This document shows positions 63,563-64,000 of a DNA stretch of 64,000 bases, one piece after another. The notes under the pieces are model-generated. The model did no database searches, was not told where the DNA came from, and was given only the letters and a program-made list of their open reading frames with translations. The stretch is from Candidatus Izemoplasmatales bacterium (lineage in GTDB: Bacteria; Bacillota_I; Bacilli_A; Izemoplasmatales; Hujiaoplasmataceae): NCBI GenBank assembly GCA_050949045.1, contig JBMNEZ010000001.1, positions 768,001-832,000 on the forward strand. The letters are read 5' to 3'. Numbering within the stretch: the first letter of the stretch is position 1; each line of letters opens with the position of its first letter. Both the position numbers and the translations under genes were made by a program.

Positions 63563-63596
63563 AAGAAATGCCCTTATCAATTTAAGGGCATTTCTT
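63563..63596 (+). terminator. Stem-loop between pstS and pstC
   Basis: AAGAAATGCCCTTA-TCAATT-TAAGGGCATTTCTT. Confidence 0.7.
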
Positions 63597-63618
63597 CTAT
63601 GTACAGACGAGGTGGAAA

Positions 63619-64000
63619 ATGAACGCATTTAAAAAAATATACCTGAAAATGAAAGAATCAATCCACTTCCATAACACAAAGGAAGTAATTGATTTTTGTG
63701 TTAGACTGATTTTTCTTATCGCAACGATCATCTCCGCATCTTTTATTGTCATCATTATTGTTTTTGTAGCCAAAGAGGGAATCAGACCGTTCGTTACGGA
63801 TAATAACGGTTTAGGAAAAGTTGACCTGATTAAATTCCTTACCGGCACAACCTGGCTTCAGGGACCGACTTTCAGATCAAATCTTTACAGTGTCGGCTTT
63901 ATAATCATCAATACGATCTATATTTCTTTCTTATCGCTCTTGGTATCGATGCCTGTTGGCGTTTTAACGGCTTTATTTATCGCAAAAATCGCTCCAAAAA
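63619..64000 (+). CDS. pstC: Phosphate ABC transporter permease PstC (partial)
   Basis: Manual translation ...FLTGTTW...IINTIYISFLSLLVSMPVGVLTALFIAKIAP; GAGGTG RBS. Confidence 0.85.
   Translation, partial: MNAFKKIYLKMKESIHFHNTKEVIDFCVRLIFLIATIISASFIVIIIVFVAKEGIRPFVTDNNGLGKVDLIKFLTGTTWLQGPTFRSNLYSVGFIIINTIYISFLSLLVSMPVGVLTALFIAKIAPK

Noticed and set aside
1..64000. CRISPR array / cas genes
   Set aside because: No regularly spaced direct repeats or cas motifs seen; the repeated motifs are dispersed and imperfect

Overview
64-kb bacterial window using the standard genetic code (TGA is a stop). Gene content looks Bacillota/Acholeplasmatales-Izemoplasmatales-like, which is an inference. The left ~29.5 kb is visibly much more AT-rich than the rest and consists of two accessory islands, each abutting the 3' end of a minus-strand tRNA. 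(i) At tRNA-Gly(GCC), a ~3.9-kb module bounded by an imperfect 27-bp direct repeat carries an AbiE toxin-antitoxin pair, a DUF1016 remnant and a frameshifted AlbA_2/Schlafen-HATPase gene. (ii) At tRNA-Ala(CGC), a ~22-kb defence island carries a DUF2075 helicase + MazG-like pair, an HsdR remnant, a 1.2-kaa nuclease-like/STAND NTPase, an intact IS21, two nested IS1182 elements, a beta-class methyltransferase + nuclease-DGQHR pair, and a 5mC MTase-X1-MORC-Z1-DUF4420 operon. I found no site-specific integrase in the window, yet conserved non-coding motifs recur at cassette boundaries in both islands, and one copy fuses exactly to the tRNA-Ala 3' end. This suggests tandem, tRNA-anchored defence cassettes. 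The right ~34.5 kb is ordinary, higher-GC backbone: three more tRNAs, repair and nucleotide-salvage genes, a nucleoside ABC transporter, AmmeMemoRadiSam genes and the start of a pst operon. All family calls come from motif recognition by eye, not database searches.
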